A stretch of DNA of 32,000 nucleotides from Breznakia blatticola (GCF_004365815.1 NZ_SODD01000019.1:1-32000), one strand, 5' to 3'; shown: positions 7,640 to 15,938, counted from the first letter of the stretch. The notes: generated by a model from the letters alone, not told the origin. A program made the numbers and translations.

Positions 7640-8971
7640 ATGCAAGATACGATTTCGAAACTACAGAACACACAAGACCATCAAATTAAAATTTTTCTTA
7701 TACTTTTCGCACTTATCTTTATTGGTAGTGCTTTTTTATTGGATTCCGTAAGTAATATTATAAATGGAATGTCCACAATAATTATGGAAGGAGATCGCCT
7801 AATTACAGACTATGTAGAGATTGCTGGATTTGGTGCGACCTTTTTAAATGCAGGATTGTTGATGCTTTTATCTCTTGGCTTATTGCAACTATCTAAAGCG
7901 AAACTTAGTGGAATGGCAATCGCTGCTGTATTTCTCATGGGTGGATTTGGGATGTTTGGTAAAAACATTGTCAATATATGGGGAATCATCACAGGCGTAT
8001 ACATCTTTGCAAAGCTTCAAAAACATCCTTTTAGACAGTATATCTATATTGCTTTCTTTGGGACAAGTTTAGCGCCATTAACTAGTGAACTCGCCTTGTG
8101 GCACAACAATACAGTTGCAGCACTACTCATGGCATTTTTAGTAACTGTGGCAGTTGGTTTCTTTTTAGCACCTGTCTCTAATGCCTGTTTAGCAGTTCAC
8201 CAAGGATATAACTTATATAATGTTGGCTTTGGTGCTGGACTTGCTGGCACGATTATTTATGCAATCATCTCACAAATCGGTTATGAAAGTACACCAGTAT
8301 TACATTGGTATGATTCACACCATCTTGGTGTTATCCTTTTATTATATGGAGTGTTCATTTGCTTTATCATTTGTGCATGTATTTTAGATAAACACGTACT
8401 TCGTAATTATCGCCAACTGATGAAACGCTCTGGACGTCTTGTTAGTGATTTCATTCGTTCGGATAATTGCGGTCCCGTTTTATTCAATATGGGAATTCTA
8501 GGCATTACCTACACAAGTTATGTACTGCTTGTTGGTGGACATATTAATGGACCTACAATTGGTGGAATACTTACAATTGTCGGTTTTGGAGGATTTGGTA
8601 AACACTTACGAAATACTATTCCTTTAGTCCTAGGTGTAGTCATTGCTGGATATATAGGAATGGGAGCCTTACATGAACCAGTGATTTTACTTGCTGCCTT
8701 ATTTGCAACCGGACTTGCACCAATTGCTGGACAGTTTGGCTGGGTTGCTGGAATTGTGACAGGAATGCTACATTTAGCTTTAGTACAAAGCATCGGAGCG
8801 TATCACGGAGGGATCAATTTATATAACAATGGATTCTCTGCCGGACTAGTTGCATTATTTGTCTTACCAATCATTGATGTATTTGCTAAACAAAGACGTC
8901 GACAACAAGAAGCGAGGTTCTCAAAACGTGTAGAAAATGATACACTAGAGGAAGAGATTATTAGGAGATAA
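7640..8971 (+). CDS. Polytopic membrane protein with two homologous halves (DUF1576-like), putative transporter
   Basis: 443 aa, about 12 hydrophobic segments. Repeated motifs: GGFGMFGKNIVNIWGIITGVYI / VGFGGFGKHLRNTIPLVLGVVI; LAPLTSE / LAPIAGQ; HQGYNLYNVGFGAGLAG / HGGINLYNNGFSAGLVA. The DUF1576 name is from memory and was not verified. Confidence 0.7.
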   Translation: MQDTISKLQNTQDHQIKIFLILFALIFIGSAFLLDSVSNIINGMSTIIMEGDRLITDYVEIAGFGATFLNAGLLMLLSLGLLQLSKAKLSGMAIAAVFLMGGFGMFGKNIVNIWGIITGVYIFAKLQKHPFRQYIYIAFFGTSLAPLTSELALWHNNTVAALLMAFLVTVAVGFFLAPVSNACLAVHQGYNLYNVGFGAGLAGTIIYAIISQIGYESTPVLHWYDSHHLGVILLLYGVFICFIICACILDKHVLRNYRQLMKRSGRLVSDFIRSDNCGPVLFNMGILGITYTSYVLLVGGHINGPTIGGILTIVGFGGFGKHLRNTIPLVLGVVIAGYIGMGALHEPVILLAALFATGLAPIAGQFGWVAGIVTGMLHLALVQSIGAYHGGINLYNNGFSAGLVALFVLPIIDVFAKQRRRQQEARFSKRVENDTLEEEIIRR

Positions 8972-8973
8972 CT

Positions 8974-9879
8974 ATGACACATCAACAATTTGAAGTACTT
9001 GTTACATTTACGCAAAAGAAAGAAAAATACGCACAACGCGATATTGCAAAACAATTAGATGTATCGCTTGGCGTTGTAAACAAAGCTATCCAAGAATTAC
9101 AAGAACTTGGATACATTGACGTATTAGGAAAATCGAAATATGAAGTTACTGCAGCTGGATACAAAGCATTAGAACCGTATAAGGTAAAACGTGCAATCTT
9201 TATGGCAGCAGGATTTGGTAGCCGCATGGTTCCTGTTACTTTAAATACACCAAAACCTTTAATCAAAGTGAAAGGCGAACGTATCATCGATACCTTAATT
9301 GATGCAGTTCTTGCAGCTGGAATTGAAGATATTACAATTGTTCGTGGATATTTGAAAGAACAATTCGATACCCTACTAACAAAATATCCAATGATTACAT
9401 TCATTGATAACGATTTCTACAATGAAGCAAACAATATTTCAAGTGCATATATTGCCAAAGACTTACTTGAAAATGCTTATGTACTAGAATCGGATTTAGT
9501 CTTATATAACCCAGAGATTATTCGTGCTTACGAATACAACAGCAACTACTTGGGTAAAAAAGTAGACGTCACTGATGACTGGTGTTTCTATTCAAAGAAA
9601 GGTGTTATCACAGAACTTGCAGTTGGTGGTAAAAACTGCCACCACATGTATGGAATTTCTTATTGGAGTGCAGAAGATGGAAAAAAACTAGCAACCGATA
9701 TTGAAACTGTATACCAAAGTCCAGGCGGTAAAGAAAAATACTGGGATGAAGTTGCATTACGTGAATGCATTGATCACTATAGCGTGCATATTAAACCAGT
9801 TCATGAAGGTGATATTATTGAAATTGATACCTTTAAAGAACTTTGCGATATCGACCCAGCATATAAAGTTGTATCATGA
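8974..9879 (+). CDS. wHTH domain fused to a LicC-type nucleotidyltransferase (phospho-alcohol cytidylyltransferase-like)
   Basis: N-terminal ~70 aa resemble a MarR/wHTH domain (RDIAKQLDVSLGVVNKAIQELQELGYI). They are followed by AIFMAAGFGSRMVPVTLNTPKPLIKVKGERIIDTLI, a GxG(S/T)R NTP-transferase signature of the LicC/COG4750 type. AGGAG SD. The gene starts 2 nt after the upstream stop. Confidence 0.7.
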   Translation: MTHQQFEVLVTFTQKKEKYAQRDIAKQLDVSLGVVNKAIQELQELGYIDVLGKSKYEVTAAGYKALEPYKVKRAIFMAAGFGSRMVPVTLNTPKPLIKVKGERIIDTLIDAVLAAGIEDITIVRGYLKEQFDTLLTKYPMITFIDNDFYNEANNISSAYIAKDLLENAYVLESDLVLYNPEIIRAYEYNSNYLGKKVDVTDDWCFYSKKGVITELAVGGKNCHHMYGISYWSAEDGKKLATDIETVYQSPGGKEKYWDEVALRECIDHYSVHIKPVHEGDIIEIDTFKELCDIDPAYKVVS

Positions 9880-10229
9880 GACACACCAAACGTATTATAA
9901 GTAAGATATCTGAAGAACTTACGACGTATGCGTATGCCATAGGGGCAAACGATATCCATATTCACATAAAAGAGGAAATCGATGCACACATCATTTCCTT
10001 AACTTGTGATTATAAAGACATCTATCAATCAATGGTAGATGATCTTGAAGGTAAACTATTTGGTAACCGATTAGAAGCAGTAGAAGAAATGTATTGGAAT
10101 TTGACTGGGACAAGTGATCTTAGTAATGAGTTCGAATTTGACTTGCTAAACTCATTAATCGATGAAGCAAACGTCACACATACAACCAATCATTTAGAAA
10201 TTCAACTTATTCGATACCGACACGACTAG
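9876..10229 (+). CDS. Hypothetical 117-aa cytoplasmic protein, translationally coupled to the LicC-like gene
   Basis: ATGA start/stop overlap with the upstream gene. No signal peptide, TM helix or family signature that I recognise. Confidence 0.55.
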   Translation: MRHTKRIISKISEELTTYAYAIGANDIHIHIKEEIDAHIISLTCDYKDIYQSMVDDLEGKLFGNRLEAVEEMYWNLTGTSDLSNEFEFDLLNSLIDEANVTHTTNHLEIQLIRYRHD

Positions 10230-10232
10230 TAC

Positions 10233-10280
10233 GCTATAACATACTTATCAAATATATGGTAAGATTGTTATAGCTTTTTT
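10233..10280 (+). terminator. Terminator- or attenuator-like hairpin between the orphan gene and the acyltransferase gene
   Basis: GCTATAACA (10233-10241) pairs with TGTTATAGC (10266-10274), followed by T6 (10275-10280). It sits directly before the GAGGGGG SD of the next gene. Confidence 0.5.
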
Positions 10281-10295
10281 ATGAGGGGGAATATC

Positions 10296-11312
10296 ATGAA
10301 ACACAAAGAATATGGAAGGATTGATACTTTCCGTATACTGGCTGCATTACTTGTAATCGCAGCACACTATCCAGTATTTTCATCTATTAATACCACACTG
10401 GATTATACATACACAAGAATTATTGCTCGAATTGCTGTACCTTTTTTCTTTGTAAGTTCTGCATTCTTTTTATTCAACAACAATCTAAAGAATACACAAA
10501 CCAAAGATAAAGTATTCGCATTTATGAAGCGCAATTTAAAATATTACATTTTATGTATCATTATCTACTTACCATTTAATTTTATTGGTGGCAGTTATAA
10601 ACAATGGAGTGATATTCATCTACTACTCCAACAATTCTTATGGAATGGTACATTTTATCACTTGTGGTTCTTCATGGGCTCTCTAGTTGGTGCCTATGTT
10701 GCCTGGTTACTTCTAAAAACCTTCAATATGAAGTCGTCTATCTTCTTTGCAGGTGTACTATATGTCATTGGTTTATTTGGTGATTCGTATTATGGATTTA
10801 TCTTCCAAACACCAATCATTTCCACATTGTATGATGGTATCTTCTTCATCTTTGAAAGTACACGAAATGGAATCTTTATGGCTCCGATATTCTTTGTATT
10901 AGGTGCCTATATCGCACGCAAAATACAGCGCAATAAATTAGTGTTTCATATGAGTGATCTAATTATCAGCGCAATCGCACTACTTTTGGAAGGTATCATT
11001 TTGTATCAATTTCATATTGTTCGTTCTGATATACACAATACAATGTATATCTCACTCATTCCATTTACGTATTCACTATTTACATTACTTGTTTCCAAAG
11101 AGAAACCAAGAAATATTGTATGGCGAAACACATCACTTTATATGTATATCTTACATCCAATGATTATTATCGCTATGCAAAAAGTTCCACTAGGCATTTT
11201 AGGAAATACGATAGTATTCTACATTATATTATGTGTGCTTAGTTTTGGAATATCCTATGGCTTAGCCCGGATTCAGAAATTCAATCAACTCATCAACAAA
11301 ATTACTTCATAA
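10296..11312 (+). CDS. Acyltransferase family 3 (AT3) integral membrane O-acyltransferase
   Basis: YGRIDTFRILAALLVIAAHY N-terminal signature and about 10 TM helices. I moved the start from 10281 (ORF track) to 10296, because GAGGGGG at 10283-10289 is then a properly spaced SD. Confidence 0.8.
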   Translation: MKHKEYGRIDTFRILAALLVIAAHYPVFSSINTTLDYTYTRIIARIAVPFFFVSSAFFLFNNNLKNTQTKDKVFAFMKRNLKYYILCIIIYLPFNFIGGSYKQWSDIHLLLQQFLWNGTFYHLWFFMGSLVGAYVAWLLLKTFNMKSSIFFAGVLYVIGLFGDSYYGFIFQTPIISTLYDGIFFIFESTRNGIFMAPIFFVLGAYIARKIQRNKLVFHMSDLIISAIALLLEGIILYQFHIVRSDIHNTMYISLIPFTYSLFTLLVSKEKPRNIVWRNTSLYMYILHPMIIIAMQKVPLGILGNTIVFYIILCVLSFGISYGLARIQKFNQLINKITS

Positions 11313-11315
11313 CAC

Positions 11316-11349
11316 AAAAAAGCTCGAGCATTATGGCCCGAGCTTTTTT
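11316..11349. terminator. Bidirectional intrinsic terminator between convergent genes
   Basis: AAAAAAGCTCG...CGAGCTTTTTT: an 11-bp stem flanked by an A-run and a T-run, lying between the stops at 11312 (+) and 11368 (-). Confidence 0.7.
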
Positions 11350-11367
11350 GCGTCTAACATGTGTGTT

Positions 11368-14300
11368 TTATTTATGTTGTCTATATTTTCGTGTTCCAAA
11401 AAGGGCTACACCAGCAAGTGCTAGTACGAGTAAACCATATAGTGCTGTTGTATCTGTAGTGTCACCAGAATTTACACCAGCCCCATTATTGTTGACTTGT
11501 GTGTTGTTTGGTTTATTTTGTTCAGGGGATGTACTAGGAGCTTGTTTTACCAAGTTCTTCATTGCTTGTGCTAATTCACTATATACTGCATCAATTTCTG
11601 CCTGTGTAGCTTCTTCATTTTCAAGTAATGAAAGTACTTTCGTAATTGCATTATCTAAAGCGGCTACACTTTCAACAGTGTATAGACGTGTGTCCAAATC
11701 AGCTGTCTTCGAAAGGAGGTTTTCTAAACGTTCTGTATCTGGTTTCAAGCGTGCTTTTAAACGAACGCTCATTAATGCTTTAGTTGCTGCATCAATATCA
11801 GCTTGACTAGTTGCATCAGCTAGCGCTTGTTTAGCAGTTGCTACTGCTGTAGCTAAGTCCTTAATTGAACTAGCTACATATTTATCACTATTCACAAGAA
11901 TAATTTCTGCAGTTGCAATTTCTTTTTGTAAATTGTCTTTTACAAATACTTTTACTTTTTCTAGACCGTTAAGAGCTGCATATAGAGATTCTTGTGTTAG
12001 ACGTACGTCTTCAGTTGTTGCATCATCATTTGCGACAACTGCTTTTGCATTTGTGATTGCTGTTTGTAGTGTTTTCCAAGATTTTTCAGTGTAGTCACTT
12101 TCAGTTAATGCTTCTAAAAGTGTAATCATTTGTGTAATCTCAGTTTTATCTACAATGGTTTCTAATTTAGCTACAGCATCCACAATGCGTTGAATTGCGT
12201 CTGTAAGGATTGTAATGTTTGTTTCACTTGCTTGTAATAATGACTGTCCATTTGTAATTGCTGATTCCACAGCTGTTACAGTACTAGGACGCATATTTTT
12301 TGCTTCTTCAAGTGTTTTTGTTGCATTTGCAATTGTTGTTGTAAGTAATGCACGAATTTCATCGAGATCACCTTGACTAATTGCATCTAATTTTGTTTTT
12401 TCATCAGTTAATTTCTTAGTTGCATTTGCTACATCAGTTGCAGATACATCTGCATTTCCTTTAGCAACAAGTGTTTTAGTTTCACCAATTGCAGTTCTCA
12501 TACCTGCAAACTGTGCATCACTGTATTTGTCAGCTAATGCTTCATATTCTGTAATTTTTGCTACTAGAGCTTCAAAGTCAGCTGTTGAAGCACGATCAAC
12601 TAAACCAGTCATTGCCGTTTCTAAACGTAATGTTACATCTAGAATTGCTACATCTTCAGCATCAGAAGTCACTAAGACTGCTTCATCATATACATTCCTA
12701 AAGTTTGTCCATGAAGTTTTCGTTGTTGATGCTTCTTTATTTGCATCAATCAAAGCTTTAGCACGTACAATCACTTCTTGTAGTGCATCGAATGCTTCAG
12801 AATTTGCTTTTTTCGGTTGTGTCACACGCATTTCTGTTGCAGAGGAATAAAGTCCAGGTCCGTAGTTACTTACTACTTGAAGTTTTACATATTTTGCTAC
12901 TACAGGATCAAAACTTGCAAACTGCGTATTACGGTGACCATACCATTTTCCAGTTGTTTGTAACGTATAGTCCGTTCCATTAACTGAGGTATATACTTCA
13001 TATGCGTTAATCTTTCCATTAATTCCACTTTGACGTGGTACGTAACGCATTCCATTAACTTCCATTTCTTTATCAAGTTCAAAGATTACATATTGGTTTT
13101 CACGAGTGTCGTTACTGTATTTTGAGTGCCACATTGTAGTTAAGTCATCATCAATTAACTTACTTGCATCTTCAGATGTACTTTGTTCTGAACCAGCAGT
13201 AACTTTACATACATCTGTTGGTACATCAGGTGACGATGCACTTTCTTGTACATCATCAATGTTGAAGTTCATTTCATATTCATCTAAGAACGTATCATTC
13301 TTGTAATCTCTTAAACGAATTTGAATTTGTCCACCATCAAATACATTGACTTGATATCCAACTTGGTTTACTTTACTACCAAAACTTGAATAGTAGAATG
13401 AAGGTACATCCACTTGTGTTCCATATCCATAGTTCACATGTGAGATTAAATCGATTCCATTATGAATGTGTCCAGTAAACATAACTGCATTTTTATGTTT
13501 TCTTAAAACAGCTTTCACTTCTTCAGATTCTTTTATAACATCTTCATCTGCTTGGTCATATGTTCCTTTGATTGTTTGGTGAATGATAATGAACTGTGGA
13601 CGTTCAGGATCATCATTTTCACTAAGTTTGTTATCTAACCATTGTAATTGCTCAGCAGATAATGTAGCTTGATCTTTTAAATCTGATTCTGTTGATAATG
13701 AAATAAAGTGATACCCATCAATCCATTTATCATAGTAAACACGTCCATCTGTGTCTCCCATGATATTTTTGTTGTATTTCAAGTAACGAGCTTTTGCTTC
13801 TTCCCATCCACTTGGTTGCCAACGAACATCATGGTTTCCTAAAGTTACGAAACTTTCTGTACCTTGTGGTGTAAAGTTTTCAATGATATCATAGAATCCT
13901 TTATATTCATTTTCTCTTCCATAGTCAGTCAAATCACCAGGATATAAAACAGCTGATGATGTTGGGTTTAGATATCCAATATCTTCTAGTGCGTCAATTA
14001 AGTTTGCACTATTTTTAGATGAACGATCTGTTCCTTGAATGTGAGGATCACTAATTACTTCAAAACTCATTGCTGGAGTTTCAGTTGTTTGGAAACGTTC
14101 ATATGCAATATCTAAATTTGCTACTAAGCGATTAATATCCAAACTTCCGCCAGCTTCTTTAATTGTAATTACTGATTGAATTGCTTTTTCAAGTTCAGCA
14201 ATTTTTGTTGCATCTGTGCCATTTGTTTTTGCTTCAGCAACGATTGCTTGATATTTCTTAATTGTACTTTCCAACTTGATTACATCATATTGCTCATTAA

Positions 14301-15831
14301 TTTCTTCTTGTGTAATCAAACGGTTGTACATGTAAAGCTCATCAATGTATCCGTCTGCCATCGCAAAACTTTTTTTACCATCTGCACCTAATACAACATC
14401 AAGAACATCTACATTTCCTGGAATCTTACTTATATCAATACGTTTAAACTCTGTACCATCAATATACACAACCATATCGCCTGTACGATCATGGTTTACC
14501 GCAATATGGTGCCACTTTTGATCATTGATTTTAATTTCTCTTATATCTACTCGATCTGTAGTTGAAATATTTGTACGAACACCATTATTGTATGTAGATA
14601 ATCCCCATCCACGGTTTTTACCACTATTCCAATCTTTATTTCCAAGAATCATATCATCTTCACTACCTGCGCTGTTGTACCATAGTGAATACGCAAAATT
14701 CTCTTCACCAAACATTAGACTTTCTGGTTTTCCAAAGTTTACATATTGTGTAGCAGCTAATCCAGTATTTTGAATGTGAATCGCTTTTCCTTTCACACCA
14801 GTTACATATTCAGGATTTCCAACTACTGATCCATTATTGGCACAACCACTAATGTCTGTAGCTGTATCATCATCGAATGTTGTATGTAACACAAGTCCAG
14901 GCACTGCATCTGGTGCACTTGCTTGTACTGCTTCATATGCGCTAACTAACTTTGGTGTCAATTCATTTAATTGAGCCGCTGTTAAATTATCTTGGTGTAA
15001 TTCATCAACTAATACTTTATACGCTTGTTTTAAGTCACTGTTGTATTCTTGATTACCTTTAATTTGCGCATATTGTTCTTTATGCATTTTGCGTAGATAT
15101 GGGAGTCCATCATCCATGTATTGCTCACTGATTTCTTCAGCACTCATAACACGTCTAAACATACGTAATTCATCGATATATCCATCTGCAAGTGCAAACC
15201 CTTTATTTCCATCAGCTCCTAACACCACATCAAGTGAATCTGTTGTTCCTGTCAATGTGTTGATTGCTAAACGCTTAAACTCAACTCCATCTACATACAC
15301 AACCATGTCTCCACTACGGTCATAATTTACTGCAATATGATGCCACTTTTGATCATTAACTTTAATATAATATGCATCTTTACGACCATTTGTTGCAATG
15401 TTAGCTCTCACTCCATCACTAAATGTTGCTAGACCCCATCCACGGTTTCCACCACTATTCCAATCTTTATTTCCAAGGATCATATCATCATTACTACCAG
15501 CACTGTTGTACCATAGTGAATACGAGAAGTTTCCTTCACCAAATTGTAGGTCTGTTGGTTTTCCAAAGTTTACATATTGTGTTGCTGTTGATCCGGCATT
15601 CTTAATGTGAATGGCTTTTCCTTTAATACCACTCACGAAATCAGGACTTCCTACTAAGGTACCGTTATTACCATTTCCCGATTGGTCATCAACTTGTCCT
15701 TCAAAATCTACATATAGAACTTCATCAGTAACTGCTTTTAATAGCACTGCATCAACACCTGTGATACAGGTTGTCATACATATACATGTCACAACAAACG
15801 TCATGAAAAGTCGTTTAATTATTTTATACAT
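11368..15831 (-). CDS. Giant secreted, anchored multidomain enzyme: signal peptide, 2x LamG/ConA-like, calcineurin-like metallophosphoesterase, F5/8 type C (CBM32-like), six helical FIVAR-like modules, C-terminal sorting signal
   Basis: 1487 aa. LamG-type modules at about nt 15115-15726 and 14289-14897 (NGxLxG.P.FV.G.KGKAIH...YIDEL). All five metallophosphoesterase motifs are present: DPH, GDLTDYG, GNHD, IIHQ, GHIHNG (about nt 13300-14070). Discoidin-type DDDLTTMWHSKYS...YVKLQV at about nt 12815-13215. Confidence 0.85.
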   Translation of the reverse strand: MYKIIKRLFMTFVVTCICMTTCITGVDAVLLKAVTDEVLYVDFEGQVDDQSGNGNNGTLVGSPDFVSGIKGKAIHIKNAGSTATQYVNFGKPTDLQFGEGNFSYSLWYNSAGSNDDMILGNKDWNSGGNRGWGLATFSDGVRANIATNGRKDAYYIKVNDQKWHHIAVNYDRSGDMVVYVDGVEFKRLAINTLTGTTDSLDVVLGADGNKGFALADGYIDELRMFRRVMSAEEISEQYMDDGLPYLRKMHKEQYAQIKGNQEYNSDLKQAYKVLVDELHQDNLTAAQLNELTPKLVSAYEAVQASAPDAVPGLVLHTTFDDDTATDISGCANNGSVVGNPEYVTGVKGKAIHIQNTGLAATQYVNFGKPESLMFGEENFAYSLWYNSAGSEDDMILGNKDWNSGKNRGWGLSTYNNGVRTNISTTDRVDIREIKINDQKWHHIAVNHDRTGDMVVYIDGTEFKRIDISKIPGNVDVLDVVLGADGKKSFAMADGYIDELYMYNRLITQEEINEQYDVIKLESTIKKYQAIVAEAKTNGTDATKIAELEKAIQSVITIKEAGGSLDINRLVANLDIAYERFQTTETPAMSFEVISDPHIQGTDRSSKNSANLIDALEDIGYLNPTSSAVLYPGDLTDYGRENEYKGFYDIIENFTPQGTESFVTLGNHDVRWQPSGWEEAKARYLKYNKNIMGDTDGRVYYDKWIDGYHFISLSTESDLKDQATLSAEQLQWLDNKLSENDDPERPQFIIIHQTIKGTYDQADEDVIKESEEVKAVLRKHKNAVMFTGHIHNGIDLISHVNYGYGTQVDVPSFYYSSFGSKVNQVGYQVNVFDGGQIQIRLRDYKNDTFLDEYEMNFNIDDVQESASSPDVPTDVCKVTAGSEQSTSEDASKLIDDDLTTMWHSKYSNDTRENQYVIFELDKEMEVNGMRYVPRQSGINGKINAYEVYTSVNGTDYTLQTTGKWYGHRNTQFASFDPVVAKYVKLQVVSNYGPGLYSSATEMRVTQPKKANSEAFDALQEVIVRAKALIDANKEASTTKTSWTNFRNVYDEAVLVTSDAEDVAILDVTLRLETAMTGLVDRASTADFEALVAKITEYEALADKYSDAQFAGMRTAIGETKTLVAKGNADVSATDVANATKKLTDEKTKLDAISQGDLDEIRALLTTTIANATKTLEEAKNMRPSTVTAVESAITNGQSLLQASETNITILTDAIQRIVDAVAKLETIVDKTEITQMITLLEALTESDYTEKSWKTLQTAITNAKAVVANDDATTEDVRLTQESLYAALNGLEKVKVFVKDNLQKEIATAEIILVNSDKYVASSIKDLATAVATAKQALADATSQADIDAATKALMSVRLKARLKPDTERLENLLSKTADLDTRLYTVESVAALDNAITKVLSLLENEEATQAEIDAVYSELAQAMKNLVKQAPSTSPEQNKPNNTQVNNNGAGVNSGDTTDTTALYGLLVLALAGVALFGTRKYRQHK
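11371..11475 (-). other. Non-LPXTG tripartite C-terminal sorting signal (protein A)
   Basis: VNSGDTTDTTALYGLLVLALAGVALFGTRKYRQHK: conserved polar motif, then a ~16-aa hydrophobic helix, then a basic tail. It is almost identical to the C-terminus of the neighbouring protein. Confidence 0.6.
14289..15726 (-). repeat. Intragenic tandem duplication of a LamG module plus helical linker (period about 831 nt / 277 aa)
   Basis: Nucleotide-level similarity is visible by eye: ccccatccacggtttttaccactattccaatctttatttccaagaatcatatcatc at 14603 versus ccccatccacggtttccaccactattccaatctttatttccaaggatcatatcatc at 15434. Confidence 0.8.
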
Positions 15832-15938
15832 TTTTCACTCCCTGTTTTCCTAATCAAGCAAAAGTCCTTTACTTCTCCTACTTGATACATATCTCAATCA
15901 TTCTAAACACACGAAATTATTATATAACCACATATTTT

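Noticed and set aside
8803-9404. Minus-strand ORFs 8803-9054 and 8982-9404 overlapping the permease/LicC junction.
   Set aside because: They are antisense to two tightly coupled, motif-supported plus-strand genes. They have no recognisable features or ribosome-binding sites.
10281-10295. Upstream in-frame ATG codons that extend the AT3 acyltransferase (10281) and HydA (31859) ORFs in the six-frame track.
   Set aside because: In both cases the SD sequence (GAGGGGG, GGAGG) would fall inside the extension, whereas it is ideally spaced for the next ATG (10296 and 31844).
11333-11806. 157-aa plus-strand ORF, together with many other 60-120-aa ORFs lying antisense within the two giant genes (for example 12527-12850, 14525-14773, 15089-15325, 17211-17417, 19185-19550, 19957-20247, 21355-21597).
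   Set aside because: All lie entirely antisense to long ORFs with clear domain signatures. They have no SD sequences, and their low-complexity Ser/Thr/Ala/Phe-rich translations are typical of the reverse frame of Ala/Thr/Lys/Glu-rich coding sequence. They are treated as frame artefacts.
11480-12810. Periodic ~70-aa units in the stalk regions of both giant genes (also 16260-17478), considered as possible DNA repeat arrays or CRISPR-like structure.
   Set aside because: The periodicity is at the protein-domain level (helical FIVAR-like modules), with divergent DNA. There are no short identical direct repeats with unique spacers and no cas genes.
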